Shown in pieces: positions 1-9,355 of a stretch of 34,301 bases of DNA. The translations under genes were made by a program, and so were the position numbers. The stretch is taken from positions 1 to 34,301 of the forward strand of contig CAYQCW010000015.1 in the NCBI GenBank assembly GCA_964416155.1, given 5' to 3'. The notes under the pieces were generated by a model, which was not told the DNA's origin, ran no database searches, and worked only from the letters and a program-made list of their open reading frames with translations. Source of the DNA: an uncultured Nitrososphaerota archaeon. GTDB lineage: Archaea; Thermoproteota; EX4484-205; JAAOZP01. How positions within the stretch are numbered: the stretch's first letter is position 1; each line of letters begins with the position of its first letter.

Positions 1-407
1 CGCAGTAAATTAGCCGGCGAGTAGGATATGCGGCCATGCAGCCCCAAGCTCTCCCTATTATCTAAAGTAGGGGCTCCCATGTATGTTAGGCCACACGTAG
101 TCATCAAGCCTCCTGGAAAACCTCGGAGCCATCCGAGACCCTCCGGCTCGTAAAAACAGGGTGCAACAATGCCGGTTGGGCTGATCCAGCTTAACGGGAC
201 ACCTCTGTATTCAGCGTTAACTATATCCATGCCCCTGTCTATTGCGGTTAAAAAGCCTAGGTCACCGTTTCTGACAATCGCAACCCTAACGTTTCTCTCG
301 AAACCGTTTGAAAGCTCCAGAACTCTTAACCCGGCGACCTGCTCCATGCTTCCTATGTGTTTAAGAAGATCGTTTTTGCTCAAGTCTCGCTCATAAAGGC
401 GAACCAC
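1..407 (-). CDS. DUF4432 / aldose 1-epimerase family protein, N-terminal part (runs off the window edge; absent from ORF track)
   Basis: Manual translation from GTG at 407: MVRLYERDLSKNDLLKHIGSMEQVAGLRVLELSNGFERNVRVAIVRNGDLGFLTAIDRGMDIVNAEYRGVPLSWISPTG...WLRGFPGGLMTTCGLTYMGAP...LGLHGRIS. DRGMDI, GGL.TTCGL and LHGR are typical DUF4432 motifs. Confidence 0.85.
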   Translation of the reverse strand, partial: MVRLYERDLSKNDLLKHIGSMEQVAGLRVLELSNGFERNVRVAIVRNGDLGFLTAIDRGMDIVNAEYRGVPLSWISPTGIVAPCFYEPEGLGWLRGFPGGLMTTCGLTYMGAPTLDNRESLGLHGRISYSPANLL

Positions 408-516
408 TGTTCATCGAATAGATGTTTAACGCTTAACTAATAAGTCTTATCATGATTCATTTGCTTTATGAATCTACTTGGCAGCTTCCTGTTTGAAAAC
501 GTTTTTATCAAAAAGC

Positions 517-1374
517 TCACCCATATATTAGATAAAACATTATTATAAGCCAGACGAGCAGGCTTGAAACCATTGTTTTATCCATAATTGTTTTCCTTAC
601 GATTCCTGTTTCACTAGTTTTTTTCGTGATCATAATAAATCGCAGAATCATCAGGACCATGAGTGGAATTGTGAACGGAAGAAGACCTTTTGAATAGGGG
701 GAGTAAAAAGTGTAGAGCGAATAGGAAACCAGTATAAGTATTGATAAGGCAAGTATAGTTTTATCGATGAGTCTTATATTGTAGTGTTTGAAGGGTTTCC
801 TGTGAAGCTCAGGCTTAACTAAAGTAGCTAGCTCCTCTCTCCTCTTAGCTAAAACAAAGATCATTGAAACATGAAAAACACCTATAAGAAGCCATGGCGA
901 AATAGTTTCATGAACGATTTCACATCCAGCCAGAGTCCTGATGACATAGTTTAAAGATACGCTAGCCAAATCCACCCACACAATCTCCCTCAGGAAAAAA
1001 GTGTATACAACCGAATTCAGAAATAGCAGTAAAGAGAGGATTAGAAAGCGGGTTCCAACAGAATAGGCTACAGTTAGTGAGACGGCTAGCAAGATGAGCG
1101 AAAAAAAGAGTGCGGAAGGCTTACTTATCTTTCCGCTGGCGACGGGCCTTCGCTTCTTCTTCAGATGGTAAGTGTCGAAGGAAACATCCTTAATATCGTT
1201 AATTATGTAGCAGGCGCTGGAGCTTAATGAAAGTGCAAGAAAACCTAGGGCCAGGTTAGGGTAATGATTGGTAATGAAAAGCTTTCTGCTGAAGAAGGGT
1301 GCGAGAATAATAAGCAGATTTTTATATGCATCTTGGATTCTTAACTCGAATAGATAATCCTTTACACTAGCCAT
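517..1374 (-). CDS. UbiA prenyltransferase family protein, decaprenyl-phosphate phosphoribosyltransferase (DPPR synthase)-like
   Basis: Multi-TM protein with KNLLI, YIINDIKDVSFDTYHLKKKRRPVASG and LAKRREEL motifs characteristic of the DPPR-synthase subfamily of UbiA. Confidence 0.8.
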   Translation of the reverse strand: MASVKDYLFELRIQDAYKNLLIILAPFFSRKLFITNHYPNLALGFLALSLSSSACYIINDIKDVSFDTYHLKKKRRPVASGKISKPSALFFSLILLAVSLTVAYSVGTRFLILSLLLFLNSVVYTFFLREIVWVDLASVSLNYVIRTLAGCEIVHETISPWLLIGVFHVSMIFVLAKRREELATLVKPELHRKPFKHYNIRLIDKTILALSILILVSYSLYTFYSPYSKGLLPFTIPLMVLMILRFIMITKKTSETGIVRKTIMDKTMVSSLLVWLIIMFYLIYG

Positions 1375-3698
1375 TTTCTAGCCTTCTTAACTATCGGCAG
1401 CATCATGACTGAAGCAACCATGCATAGGAATATTATCCAAGACGCCTGCGAGACATCGCTTCCAACAGTATGAATTTTGAAGCTGAGCACCACTTTACTC
1501 GAGCCGGGTGGCAGCTTCACTTTTATAAACGGGATTCTCCAATTGTAGACTGTTTGAACCCAGCGCCAGCCTGTTATAACGTTTGGTAGCTTAGGGTAAT
1601 AAGTATCGGTTTGCACAGTCTTGCCGTCTACCTCTGTGGTGAAACCTGGGAAGTTTACTTGCCTAACCACCAAGTAGGAACTGTTGTCTGAAACGCTAGC
1701 AATATTGACTTCAATCCTATTCACAGCAAAGTCTACTGATTCAACAACGCCACTTCCATCGATGAAAACTATTTTATTATAGCCTGTTTTTCTAAAGACA
1801 GCGTAAAGCCCGTTATAATACTCAAGCTTGAAAACACTAGACCAGTTTAAAACCTTAATCAGATTAGCATCGTGAATCGCAATGAAGCCGATTCCAAGCT
1901 CGTCCATCAGCCTGGAAAGCAGAGAGTTATCCTCGAAAAATTTTTGAATCGGAAAGCCGAGTATATAGCCTGCTTCCGAATTGGCATACGGGTTTGTAAT
2001 ATAATTGGTTCCAAAACAACCGCCTATTATCGGTCTTCCGAGGGTCAGTGAGGCCATATAAACATAATGGGTTGTTTCGAAGTCCTTACCGTTTAAGTCC
2101 AGATTATCCTGGAACAATATATACGTGTCTTTAGGAACATTAGTCTTCACCCAGTCGATGAGCTCGTCAATCTTCTTAAAACCCGGATAGTCCGAGGTCA
2201 GCTTGAAAATTTTCTCCCTAGACAATGGGTATGTGAGGTCAGTGTTCTGAACCTGGGCGCTCAGCGAAGAGTTGATTATTAGGAAAGCCAGCAACCCTGC
2301 CGCTATTGAAAAAATCGTTGAAAACCTGGTTTTTTTGGATTGGGAATAAAGCAGATGAAAAATCCTTGAGAAGCCTATGGCTGTCAGACAGAGTATTAGG
2401 ATTCTTGTCGGCGTGCTGAATTTAGAATAGCCGAAGTTTCTTGCAAACGGAATTAGGCTTAACAAGTCTAGTCGCACTGGTCCAAAGTAAACCAGATATG
2501 TGTCTGGACCAGTCGCCAGAAATCCGAATAGGGATGTTAAAGCCAGGGAGAAGGATACGAAAAGATCGTTTGAGGAAACCAGTAGAATCAACGATACGGC
2601 GAAAGCCAGAATTAGTCTCAGCCCAATGTTTCCATCGTAAAGGCTGATCAGGTTCACGAATTGCAGTATAAGTATGACGCTTGAGGCGGCTAGTGAAGAG
2701 TAGGAATGCTTTGTGAAAATATGGGAGAATGCGCCTACACAGTAGAATACTACCAAGTACCAAGGTATGCTGGAGAAGGTCTCTCCGAAGATGAACGGGC
2801 CAGTGGACCATGTGATGGCAGGGAAACTGTGGTAAGCGCTTAAGGTTTGTAATAAAGGGACAATCCAGAAGGCAGCCATGCCTAGTGAAAGACACCCTGT
2901 TGAAGCAAATTTCAACAGAATGCTTGCCTCCGCCTTCAGTATTGAACTCAGTTTCCCACCTGCCTTCTCCAAGAAAAAACCTTGAAGAAGCTTAAGCGAA
3001 GTGAAGACCCATAGTAGAAACGCCATTAGAGCCGCAGAAATCCCCATCATCACGTGAGTCAAGACGGCCGCTGTGAAAAACAGGGAGCCTAATCCTGTGA
3101 AGAGGAGAGTTTTCTCCAAGGATCTAGATTTAAAGGAGTAGACCATGATAGCTACGCTGAAGAAAGCGAAGACTAGGCCTAGCCTCTCCGGCCACATCCC
3201 TATGTAATACATTTGTTTTAAACCAGCATCATACCAGGCTTCCTCTTCGCTGAAGGTTGTGACTGCGAGCAGGGCGGCAGCTATAGCAGCAACCCTGTCA
3301 TCTGTAAGGGCGTCGACGAACATGTATACTGCTGGGGCAAGTAGGAAGTAAGCTAGGAAAAACGCGATCTTGTATGCCAGTAAAAAATCTATAAGCCCCA
3401 AGAACAAGTAGTAGATTAAGGAGACGAAAACGCTCATCCCTGGGTTGTAATACTGGTTGAAAACCCAGCCAAACTGGTTGTACGGATCCCAACCCAAAAT
3501 ATCAAGCTTTGGAAGCATGTAGAACGCTGTGAGATAAGAATGCACGTAATGCACAGGATTATCCCAGCCAGGGATCATGCCGCTAAGAAAAATCGTTTTC
3601 ACGGATAAAAATGAGTAGAAAAATATTAGGGTAAGGAAGAAAATGTGAAAATGCCTTTTTAATACTCCTATCGTACTGCTGAACAGTTTTCCAGGCAT
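1362..3698 (-). CDS. Polytopic membrane protein, PF10131 (6-pyruvoyl-tetrahydropterin synthase-related)/YfhO-like, probable GT-C glycosyltransferase
   Basis: GWDNPVH in the first loop, GWDPYNQFGW..NQYYNP, many TM helices, AAFWIVPL, then a soluble C-terminal domain (QVNFPGF..VDG, VKLPPG) and a final TM helix. Overlaps the UbiA-like start by 13 bp, suggesting an operon. Confidence 0.7.
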   Translation of the reverse strand: MPGKLFSSTIGVLKRHFHIFFLTLIFFYSFLSVKTIFLSGMIPGWDNPVHYVHSYLTAFYMLPKLDILGWDPYNQFGWVFNQYYNPGMSVFVSLIYYLFLGLIDFLLAYKIAFFLAYFLLAPAVYMFVDALTDDRVAAIAAALLAVTTFSEEEAWYDAGLKQMYYIGMWPERLGLVFAFFSVAIMVYSFKSRSLEKTLLFTGLGSLFFTAAVLTHVMMGISAALMAFLLWVFTSLKLLQGFFLEKAGGKLSSILKAEASILLKFASTGCLSLGMAAFWIVPLLQTLSAYHSFPAITWSTGPFIFGETFSSIPWYLVVFYCVGAFSHIFTKHSYSSLAASSVILILQFVNLISLYDGNIGLRLILAFAVSLILLVSSNDLFVSFSLALTSLFGFLATGPDTYLVYFGPVRLDLLSLIPFARNFGYSKFSTPTRILILCLTAIGFSRIFHLLYSQSKKTRFSTIFSIAAGLLAFLIINSSLSAQVQNTDLTYPLSREKIFKLTSDYPGFKKIDELIDWVKTNVPKDTYILFQDNLDLNGKDFETTHYVYMASLTLGRPIIGGCFGTNYITNPYANSEAGYILGFPIQKFFEDNSLLSRLMDELGIGFIAIHDANLIKVLNWSSVFKLEYYNGLYAVFRKTGYNKIVFIDGSGVVESVDFAVNRIEVNIASVSDNSSYLVVRQVNFPGFTTEVDGKTVQTDTYYPKLPNVITGWRWVQTVYNWRIPFIKVKLPPGSSKVVLSFKIHTVGSDVSQASWIIFLCMVASVMMLPIVKKARKWLV

Positions 3699-3721
3699 TC
3701 CTCTTTGTGACTATAACTGAT

Positions 3722-3783
3722 GTTTTATAAACATTGTCTCATCCAACGGGGTGAGCTCATGACGCGTGTAAAACTTATATTTA
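3722..3783. promoter_or_regulatory. Back-to-back archaeal TATA promoters for the PF10131-like gene (-) and the GH2-FtsX fusion (+)
   Basis: TTTATAAA on the - strand at ~3724-3731 lies ~26 nt upstream of ATG 3698. AAAACTTATATTTA (BRE+TATA-like) at ~3770-3783 lies ~25 nt upstream of the in-frame ATG 3807. Confidence 0.6.
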
Positions 3784-3806
3784 CATCATTCCCCACCATT
3801 TTGAGA

Positions 3807-6800
3807 ATGGCATTAAGAAGAGCCGTAGAGGTGTTTTTAACTGTTCTTTCATTATCGATGCTGCTGGCTGCCCTGATGCTTCCTGCCTTTAAAACATTCT
3901 TCGTAGAGCCCTCCCAAAGCCTGGTTGACAAGGTTGTTCCCTACCTGACACAGTTCGACTACTTTTATCTTTCCAGAATGAAGCTTAACGGAACCTGGAG
4001 TTATAAGCCTGACTCCTTCGAACATGGGAACGTCAACATTTATTATGACACTTCTTATGATGACAGCTCTTGGAGTAAGACTACCATACCCTTCTTGTTT
4101 AAGGCGACACGGTCGAACAGCTCGCTCTGGATCAGAACCATGTTCAAAGTGCCTGAAAGTATGAAGGGGCAGAGGCTAAGGCTTGTTTTCTCCGGGGTTT
4201 GGGTGGTTGCAAGAGCATGGTTAAACGGCTTTTACCTTGGAGACCATGTGGGATATTTCTCCCCCTTTTTCTTCGACATAGACAACGCCGTCATCCTAGA
4301 TGGAGTTAACGTGCTGACCCTATACTTGGAGTCTCCCGTTCAGAATTCCTATGAATCCAGAATATACCCGTTAGGCATATATTCTTTTTCAGAAATTCGG
4401 CCCAATCTACGAACTACCTTCATCGGAATACATGGAGATGTTTTCTTAGTGGGAACCCTTAATCCGGTTGTCAACCTTGTGCTGGTGGATGTCAAGCAGT
4501 ACTCGAATCCCGCATCTTTAAGCATTAGGATCCTGATTCAGAATAAGGGGGGTAGTGAAGAAAACCCTGTAGCTATCCTAAGGATAAAAAGACCTGGTTC
4601 GAACAGCACAGCAATTCTCGAACAATCTTTAAGCATAAGGCTTTCCACAGGTGAAAGAAAATGGTTCACATGGGATGTTTACATCCAAGACCCGGAATAC
4701 TGGTTCACATGGGACACTGGTTTCCCAAACGTTTACTTTCTCAACATTAGTCTACGTTGTAACTATAATTACGCTGGCTCCGTAGAAACGCTCTTCGGAA
4801 TAAGGAATCTAGAAGGATCGGTCTCCCGGGAGAAATCTTATGTTAAAATAAACGGGTTTAACATTTTCCTGCGGGGAGGATCCTATTTTTCTAGGTTTGG
4901 CTCATCCTTTGCTTCTCGAAAAGAAATAGAAGACGTGTTGAACCTGCTTAAGGATGCTAACATCAACTTCTTAAGGACTTTCGCTCATGTTGAGCCAAAG
5001 GAATTCTACGAGTTGACCTCAATGAAGGGGCTTGCCGTGCAGCTGGACTTCCCGCTGATAGGATCATACCCGGCTCTAGACCGCTACCCGTATTACTCAG
5101 AACTAGTAAAAATGCAGCTTGTTGAACTCCTACTAATAACCTATAATTACCCTTCCATCATAATGGTTTGTCCTCATACGCTTCCAGGATGGTTAAATGA
5201 GGAGTCGCCATACTATGGCACGGGAACCAACGTGTTCTTGAATCATGAGCTGTCCGTCCTAGTGGGAGAGATTAATAAGAAGGTCATTGTCCTACCATAT
5301 TCAGGGGAATACGACAAGTATGTTGATTATGGCTGGGGAGAAGGCAGTTGGGTGGGCTACATCAACTATAAGGAGATTTTCCCCAACCTGCTTAGCCCAG
5401 TGGGCTTACCTAGCTTAGCCTCGCCGTTATGGAGCGGGGTTCAAAACCTGCCTTACGAACAGGCTGTTCAACTGCTTAAAGAGAAGGGGGTTAACACACA
5501 GTTGGCAAGCACATACTGGATGAGTGAACCCAGTGATTTAAAAGTTTTTATTGAACGGAGTCAAACCTACCAGTCTCTAGTTTTAAGACATGCGATAGAC
5601 AGGGCTAGAATACTTAAGAATAATGTTTCAATCGGCGTAAGCATACTTCCGCTCACCGACTACCTGCCGACGGCCAGTGGAGCAATCGTAGACTACTACG
5701 GGATTCCAAAACTCTCGTACTATGAGGTTAAGAACGCGTTCAACCCTGTTCACGTAATAATATGGGTTGACGGCGACTATAAGAATAACCTAACCTCCCT
5801 ATATTTCACCGCAGGCTCTACAGCGAGGATCAGCCTATGGCTTGTTAACGATGGTTTTCAAAACCAGGTTGATGCCGTGTTAAACTGGAGGCTTACTGAT
5901 TTAACATCCAATAAGTCTTTGATCAGCGAAAAAATCGAGTTAAAGCTACCATCATCCAGCGCCCTCTTGGTCGTGAAAAAACTGTTTGAAACACCGTTTT
6001 ACGTTGACGGCGAACATTTGCTGGAGGTTTCTACAGAGTTATTCTTAACAAACGGGACGAAAATAGACAGTAATTCTAAAAGCTTCATAGTCAAACCAGC
6101 CTCCCTGCTGAAGCTCTCTTTAAACCCGAAGCCAGACTACCAACAGTCTTTCCTAGTGTTTACAGACGGAAGCTACAAAACAGTTAAGGTTTCGGATGAA
6201 GCCGTCATAGCTGTACCGTCTGACACTAGTGTGACAATTATCGGCCCATCTTTGAAAGAGAGGGAGGTATACGTGCCCAGAATCATTCGCCTAGGCACCC
6301 TGTCAACAGGAGAAGTGAGAAACGTTCCAATAGAATTGTGCCCCGGAGCAGTTGCAAGGGTTCTGGCAACAGTCCCCTCCCCTTCCGACTTGAAAATCCC
6401 GTCGCAAGAGGTGCGTGTTCTTCTAATTAACCTAACGACGCCGGACCGGTTGATACTGGATTACACTACAAGTAACATGGGAATCCTAAGCCTTCTCAAC
6501 ATTACGGGAAACACTATTGTGGTTCCTGCAGAAACTCCACTATCAATAATGGTTTACACGATTATAAACGAGAGGAAATCTGCAGTCAGCATAGGGAACG
6601 AGACTCATCCCGTTGTCCTACGGAGGAACGCTAAAGCGTATTTCGACCAGCCGGCTTTGCTTCACGTTGCAACCAACCTACCGTTCCTAAACAGGACGCT
6701 TGAACACGCCAAGAATCTGGTTGAGGAGGCGAGAAACAGAGGCTTCTATGTCGGCCTCGAGCTATATAGGCTGGAGCAGATCGAAAAATCAGGCAGAACC

Positions 6801-9179
6801 GCTTTTAACACTTCGGACCCTATTAGGATCTTGGCTTACCAGCAGGAAGCCTTTACTCTCAGTGGAAACATTATTAACGATATTAACACTATATTTAGGG
6901 AAACACCCACTAATCAAGTTCTCGTATTCCTGATTGTAATACTGTTGGCCTTAGCGGTCGGCGCAATATTTATAGAGAAAAAAGAGCAGTACGCGACTTT
7001 TACAGTCTTCAGCTTCATAATTCTGATGACGATAGCTTACCAAGCGTTCCCAGGTTTCACAAGGATTTCAGCCTTAGAGCTCCAAACAGGCATCTACATA
7101 GCCATATTCATATTTATAATCGTGTTCCTAGCTCCCTATTTTCTAGAGGGGCTGAAAAGCGAGAGGGGAGTTTCACTAATACCCGCTCTTCTCATCGCAG
7201 TTTCCTATTCTATCGGAAACTTGAAGAAAAGGAGGCTTAGAACCCTGCTAATGCTAATCTCCATAACCACTATGATTCTAGCAATGTCGACACTAACCTC
7301 CATGAGGATTTCGCTTACAACTAATGCTCTCGCCGTGGCGAAAACATGGCCAGCGGATAAGCCGCCGGTCTCAATCGTATCAAAGACTTCGGGTCCTCTC
7401 GCTCCGGAGGATTTAAACTTCATAGGTGCACAGAGAGAAATCGTTAGGCTGGATTACAAGGCTATAACTCCAGTAGCATATAGTGCTTTAGGATTTATTG
7501 GCGAGGTGCCGATATACGGTGTCAGAGGAATTTCCATGGGTGACCCATCCTTGGACGCGATCAGGAGCATCACGTACCCGGATGATGCGCTAGAAAGACT
7601 GTTTAACGGTAGCGACACCGTTCTGGTAAGCAGGTATTTAGCTGAAAGCTCGAACATAGATGTAGGCATGGTGATTGTTTTCAGAGGATTAAGGCTGAAG
7701 GTTTCCGGAGTGTTCGATGGTAAATTGGCCAATGGTTTGAAGGAGCCTGATGGCAGCGGTTACCTTCCCCAGTACGTTCCACCAGGTTTAGATTCAACCT
7801 CTCAGCCAGTACCTGGAGACAACCTGCTAATAACATCCGTTTACACGGCTCAGAAGCTGGGCGGCTATGTTTCCGCGACTTACTGCACTTTTGAAAACAA
7901 TGCTCAGGCTAGGGAGGTTTCCAAGCGTTTAGCTGCCCTTGGAAACTATTTCGTTGTCACGATGCCCAGTTCAGAGAGCATAACTTATTATTTCAAAGGG
8001 TTTTCCACAGAAGTATTCGGCACCATAATACTGGTTCCGATTACGATAACAATATTGAACATCGCTATCCTGTTCTACACGTTAGTGTATGAGAGGAGGA
8101 ACGAGATATTCATCTTCTCATCCATAGGTCTGAACCCGACTCACATATCAAGCCTATTCATAGTAGAGGCTGGAGTCTTGGGTTTTGTAGGCGGCGGCAT
8201 CGGCTACATACTTAGCATGCTTATGTTTAAAATATTTGACGTGACTAACCTAGTCATACCTGTCGACGTGAAGACCACGTCTTGGGATATGGCTTTCCTA
8301 ATAATGGCAGCGTCTTTAACGGCAATAATTGCGTCAGCAATACCTGCTTTGAAGGCTGCGAAAATAGCAACACCCTCCCTGTTGAGAAAATGGAGGATGG
8401 AGGAGAAAACGGTTAAGGGCGGGGTTTGGACTGTCAGAATTCCGATGAGGATTTCCGCAGAGAAGGTTGAAGCCTTCGCCAGCTATCTGTATGAAAGGCT
8501 ACCTCAAAGCAGCACGGCAATGGAGCTAATAATTTCCGAGGTTAAACGTGAGGAAAAGGTTGATGAAAACGGAAACGTTTCTCACCTGGTAAGCTTCAGA
8601 TACGGGAAGGGTGGAAACAGACCTTTCAACACCTACACGACGATCGAGATTAGGAAAGACGAGGAAGACTACGCTGTGTATGTACACACTACCCCCCGAT
8701 CCGTCTATGCGCCCATGATTGAGGCCAATGTTCATGAAGTCATAACCCATGTTAGAAGACTAGTTTTAGAATGGTCAGCGTTAAAATTCAGCGTTGCCGT
8801 AACAGTAGGGGAATCAGTAGAACATGCTTTAACGATCGTCAAGAAATATCGTCCGAGGCTTCTCCAAGTTTATTCGAGAAAGGAAGTTGAAAGCAAGTTG
8901 AGAGAACTGCGGAGAAGACTTAGGTCTGAAGGAATATGGCCCCCAACGATCGAGGTAAAGAAGCTTGAAGCGGCCGATATCCGTCTGCTCACCGAAAAGC
9001 TTTCCGAAGACATTAAGCCCGTAGACTCCGTATGTTTGGATTCTGACGACGGGCTTCTGAGCTCGGCGCTCTTAATAGCGGCAATACAGCTGGATAAAAA
9101 CATTCTGGTGTTTGATACTGATGGAAAGATATATGAAGTTTCGGCGAGAAGGTTTATAGAGAAGTCTGAAAGTGCGTAG
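3807..9179 (+). CDS. Giant membrane fusion: signal anchor + GH2 (beta-mannosidase-like, catalytic Glu residues apparently absent) + Ig-like regions + MacB/FtsX-type permease + C-terminal CARF-like domain
   Basis: ORF 3720-9179; start 3807 preferred from TATA spacing. GH2 motifs: LNGTW, ARAWLNG.YLG.H.GYFSPF, FGIR, INGFNIFLRG, ANINFLR..AHVE..EFY, VDYYG.PK. MacB/FtsX motifs: KRRLRTLL and ERRNEIFIFSSIGLNP.HIS.LF.VEA. C-terminal VTVGES...VCLD.DDG.LS.ALL.AA pattern. Confidence 0.8.
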   Translation: MALRRAVEVFLTVLSLSMLLAALMLPAFKTFFVEPSQSLVDKVVPYLTQFDYFYLSRMKLNGTWSYKPDSFEHGNVNIYYDTSYDDSSWSKTTIPFLFKATRSNSSLWIRTMFKVPESMKGQRLRLVFSGVWVVARAWLNGFYLGDHVGYFSPFFFDIDNAVILDGVNVLTLYLESPVQNSYESRIYPLGIYSFSEIRPNLRTTFIGIHGDVFLVGTLNPVVNLVLVDVKQYSNPASLSIRILIQNKGGSEENPVAILRIKRPGSNSTAILEQSLSIRLSTGERKWFTWDVYIQDPEYWFTWDTGFPNVYFLNISLRCNYNYAGSVETLFGIRNLEGSVSREKSYVKINGFNIFLRGGSYFSRFGSSFASRKEIEDVLNLLKDANINFLRTFAHVEPKEFYELTSMKGLAVQLDFPLIGSYPALDRYPYYSELVKMQLVELLLITYNYPSIIMVCPHTLPGWLNEESPYYGTGTNVFLNHELSVLVGEINKKVIVLPYSGEYDKYVDYGWGEGSWVGYINYKEIFPNLLSPVGLPSLASPLWSGVQNLPYEQAVQLLKEKGVNTQLASTYWMSEPSDLKVFIERSQTYQSLVLRHAIDRARILKNNVSIGVSILPLTDYLPTASGAIVDYYGIPKLSYYEVKNAFNPVHVIIWVDGDYKNNLTSLYFTAGSTARISLWLVNDGFQNQVDAVLNWRLTDLTSNKSLISEKIELKLPSSSALLVVKKLFETPFYVDGEHLLEVSTELFLTNGTKIDSNSKSFIVKPASLLKLSLNPKPDYQQSFLVFTDGSYKTVKVSDEAVIAVPSDTSVTIIGPSLKEREVYVPRIIRLGTLSTGEVRNVPIELCPGAVARVLATVPSPSDLKIPSQEVRVLLINLTTPDRLILDYTTSNMGILSLLNITGNTIVVPAETPLSIMVYTIINERKSAVSIGNETHPVVLRRNAKAYFDQPALLHVATNLPFLNRTLEHAKNLVEEARNRGFYVGLELYRLEQIEKSGRTAFNTSDPIRILAYQQEAFTLSGNIINDINTIFRETPTNQVLVFLIVILLALAVGAIFIEKKEQYATFTVFSFIILMTIAYQAFPGFTRISALELQTGIYIAIFIFIIVFLAPYFLEGLKSERGVSLIPALLIAVSYSIGNLKKRRLRTLLMLISITTMILAMSTLTSMRISLTTNALAVAKTWPADKPPVSIVSKTSGPLAPEDLNFIGAQREIVRLDYKAITPVAYSALGFIGEVPIYGVRGISMGDPSLDAIRSITYPDDALERLFNGSDTVLVSRYLAESSNIDVGMVIVFRGLRLKVSGVFDGKLANGLKEPDGSGYLPQYVPPGLDSTSQPVPGDNLLITSVYTAQKLGGYVSATYCTFENNAQAREVSKRLAALGNYFVVTMPSSESITYYFKGFSTEVFGTIILVPITITILNIAILFYTLVYERRNEIFIFSSIGLNPTHISSLFIVEAGVLGFVGGGIGYILSMLMFKIFDVTNLVIPVDVKTTSWDMAFLIMAASLTAIIASAIPALKAAKIATPSLLRKWRMEEKTVKGGVWTVRIPMRISAEKVEAFASYLYERLPQSSTAMELIISEVKREEKVDENGNVSHLVSFRYGKGGNRPFNTYTTIEIRKDEEDYAVYVHTTPRSVYAPMIEANVHEVITHVRRLVLEWSALKFSVAVTVGESVEHALTIVKKYRPRLLQVYSRKEVESKLRELRRRLRSEGIWPPTIEVKKLEAADIRLLTEKLSEDIKPVDSVCLDSDDGLLSSALLIAAIQLDKNILVFDTDGKIYEVSARRFIEKSESA

Positions 9180-9355
9180 CGAGCTGCCGACGGGCTTAAA
9201 CCTTTTATAAAAGTTTACAGAATTGATGGAGGAAAGTGGTTCAGAAGAGGCCTCTAATAACGATGTACGTTTTCACCTGCTCCCTAGTCATCCAAGTCTT
9301 TAACCTAGTTATGATTAGAGGTTTTCCACTGTCTGGAAGCACCGAGTGGGTGAGA

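Noticed and set aside
169-396. 75-aa + strand ORF
   Set aside because: Antisense shadow of the DUF4432 gene on the - strand.
3720-3806. Longer N-terminus of the 1819-aa ORF
   Set aside because: It would cover both divergent TATA boxes; ATG 3807 fits promoter spacing and directly precedes the signal anchor.
8784-9179. CARF-like domain as evidence of a CRISPR or anti-phage locus
   Set aside because: No cas genes, repeat-spacer array, cyclase or effector nuclease is in the window, and the cOA-binding motif is degenerate.
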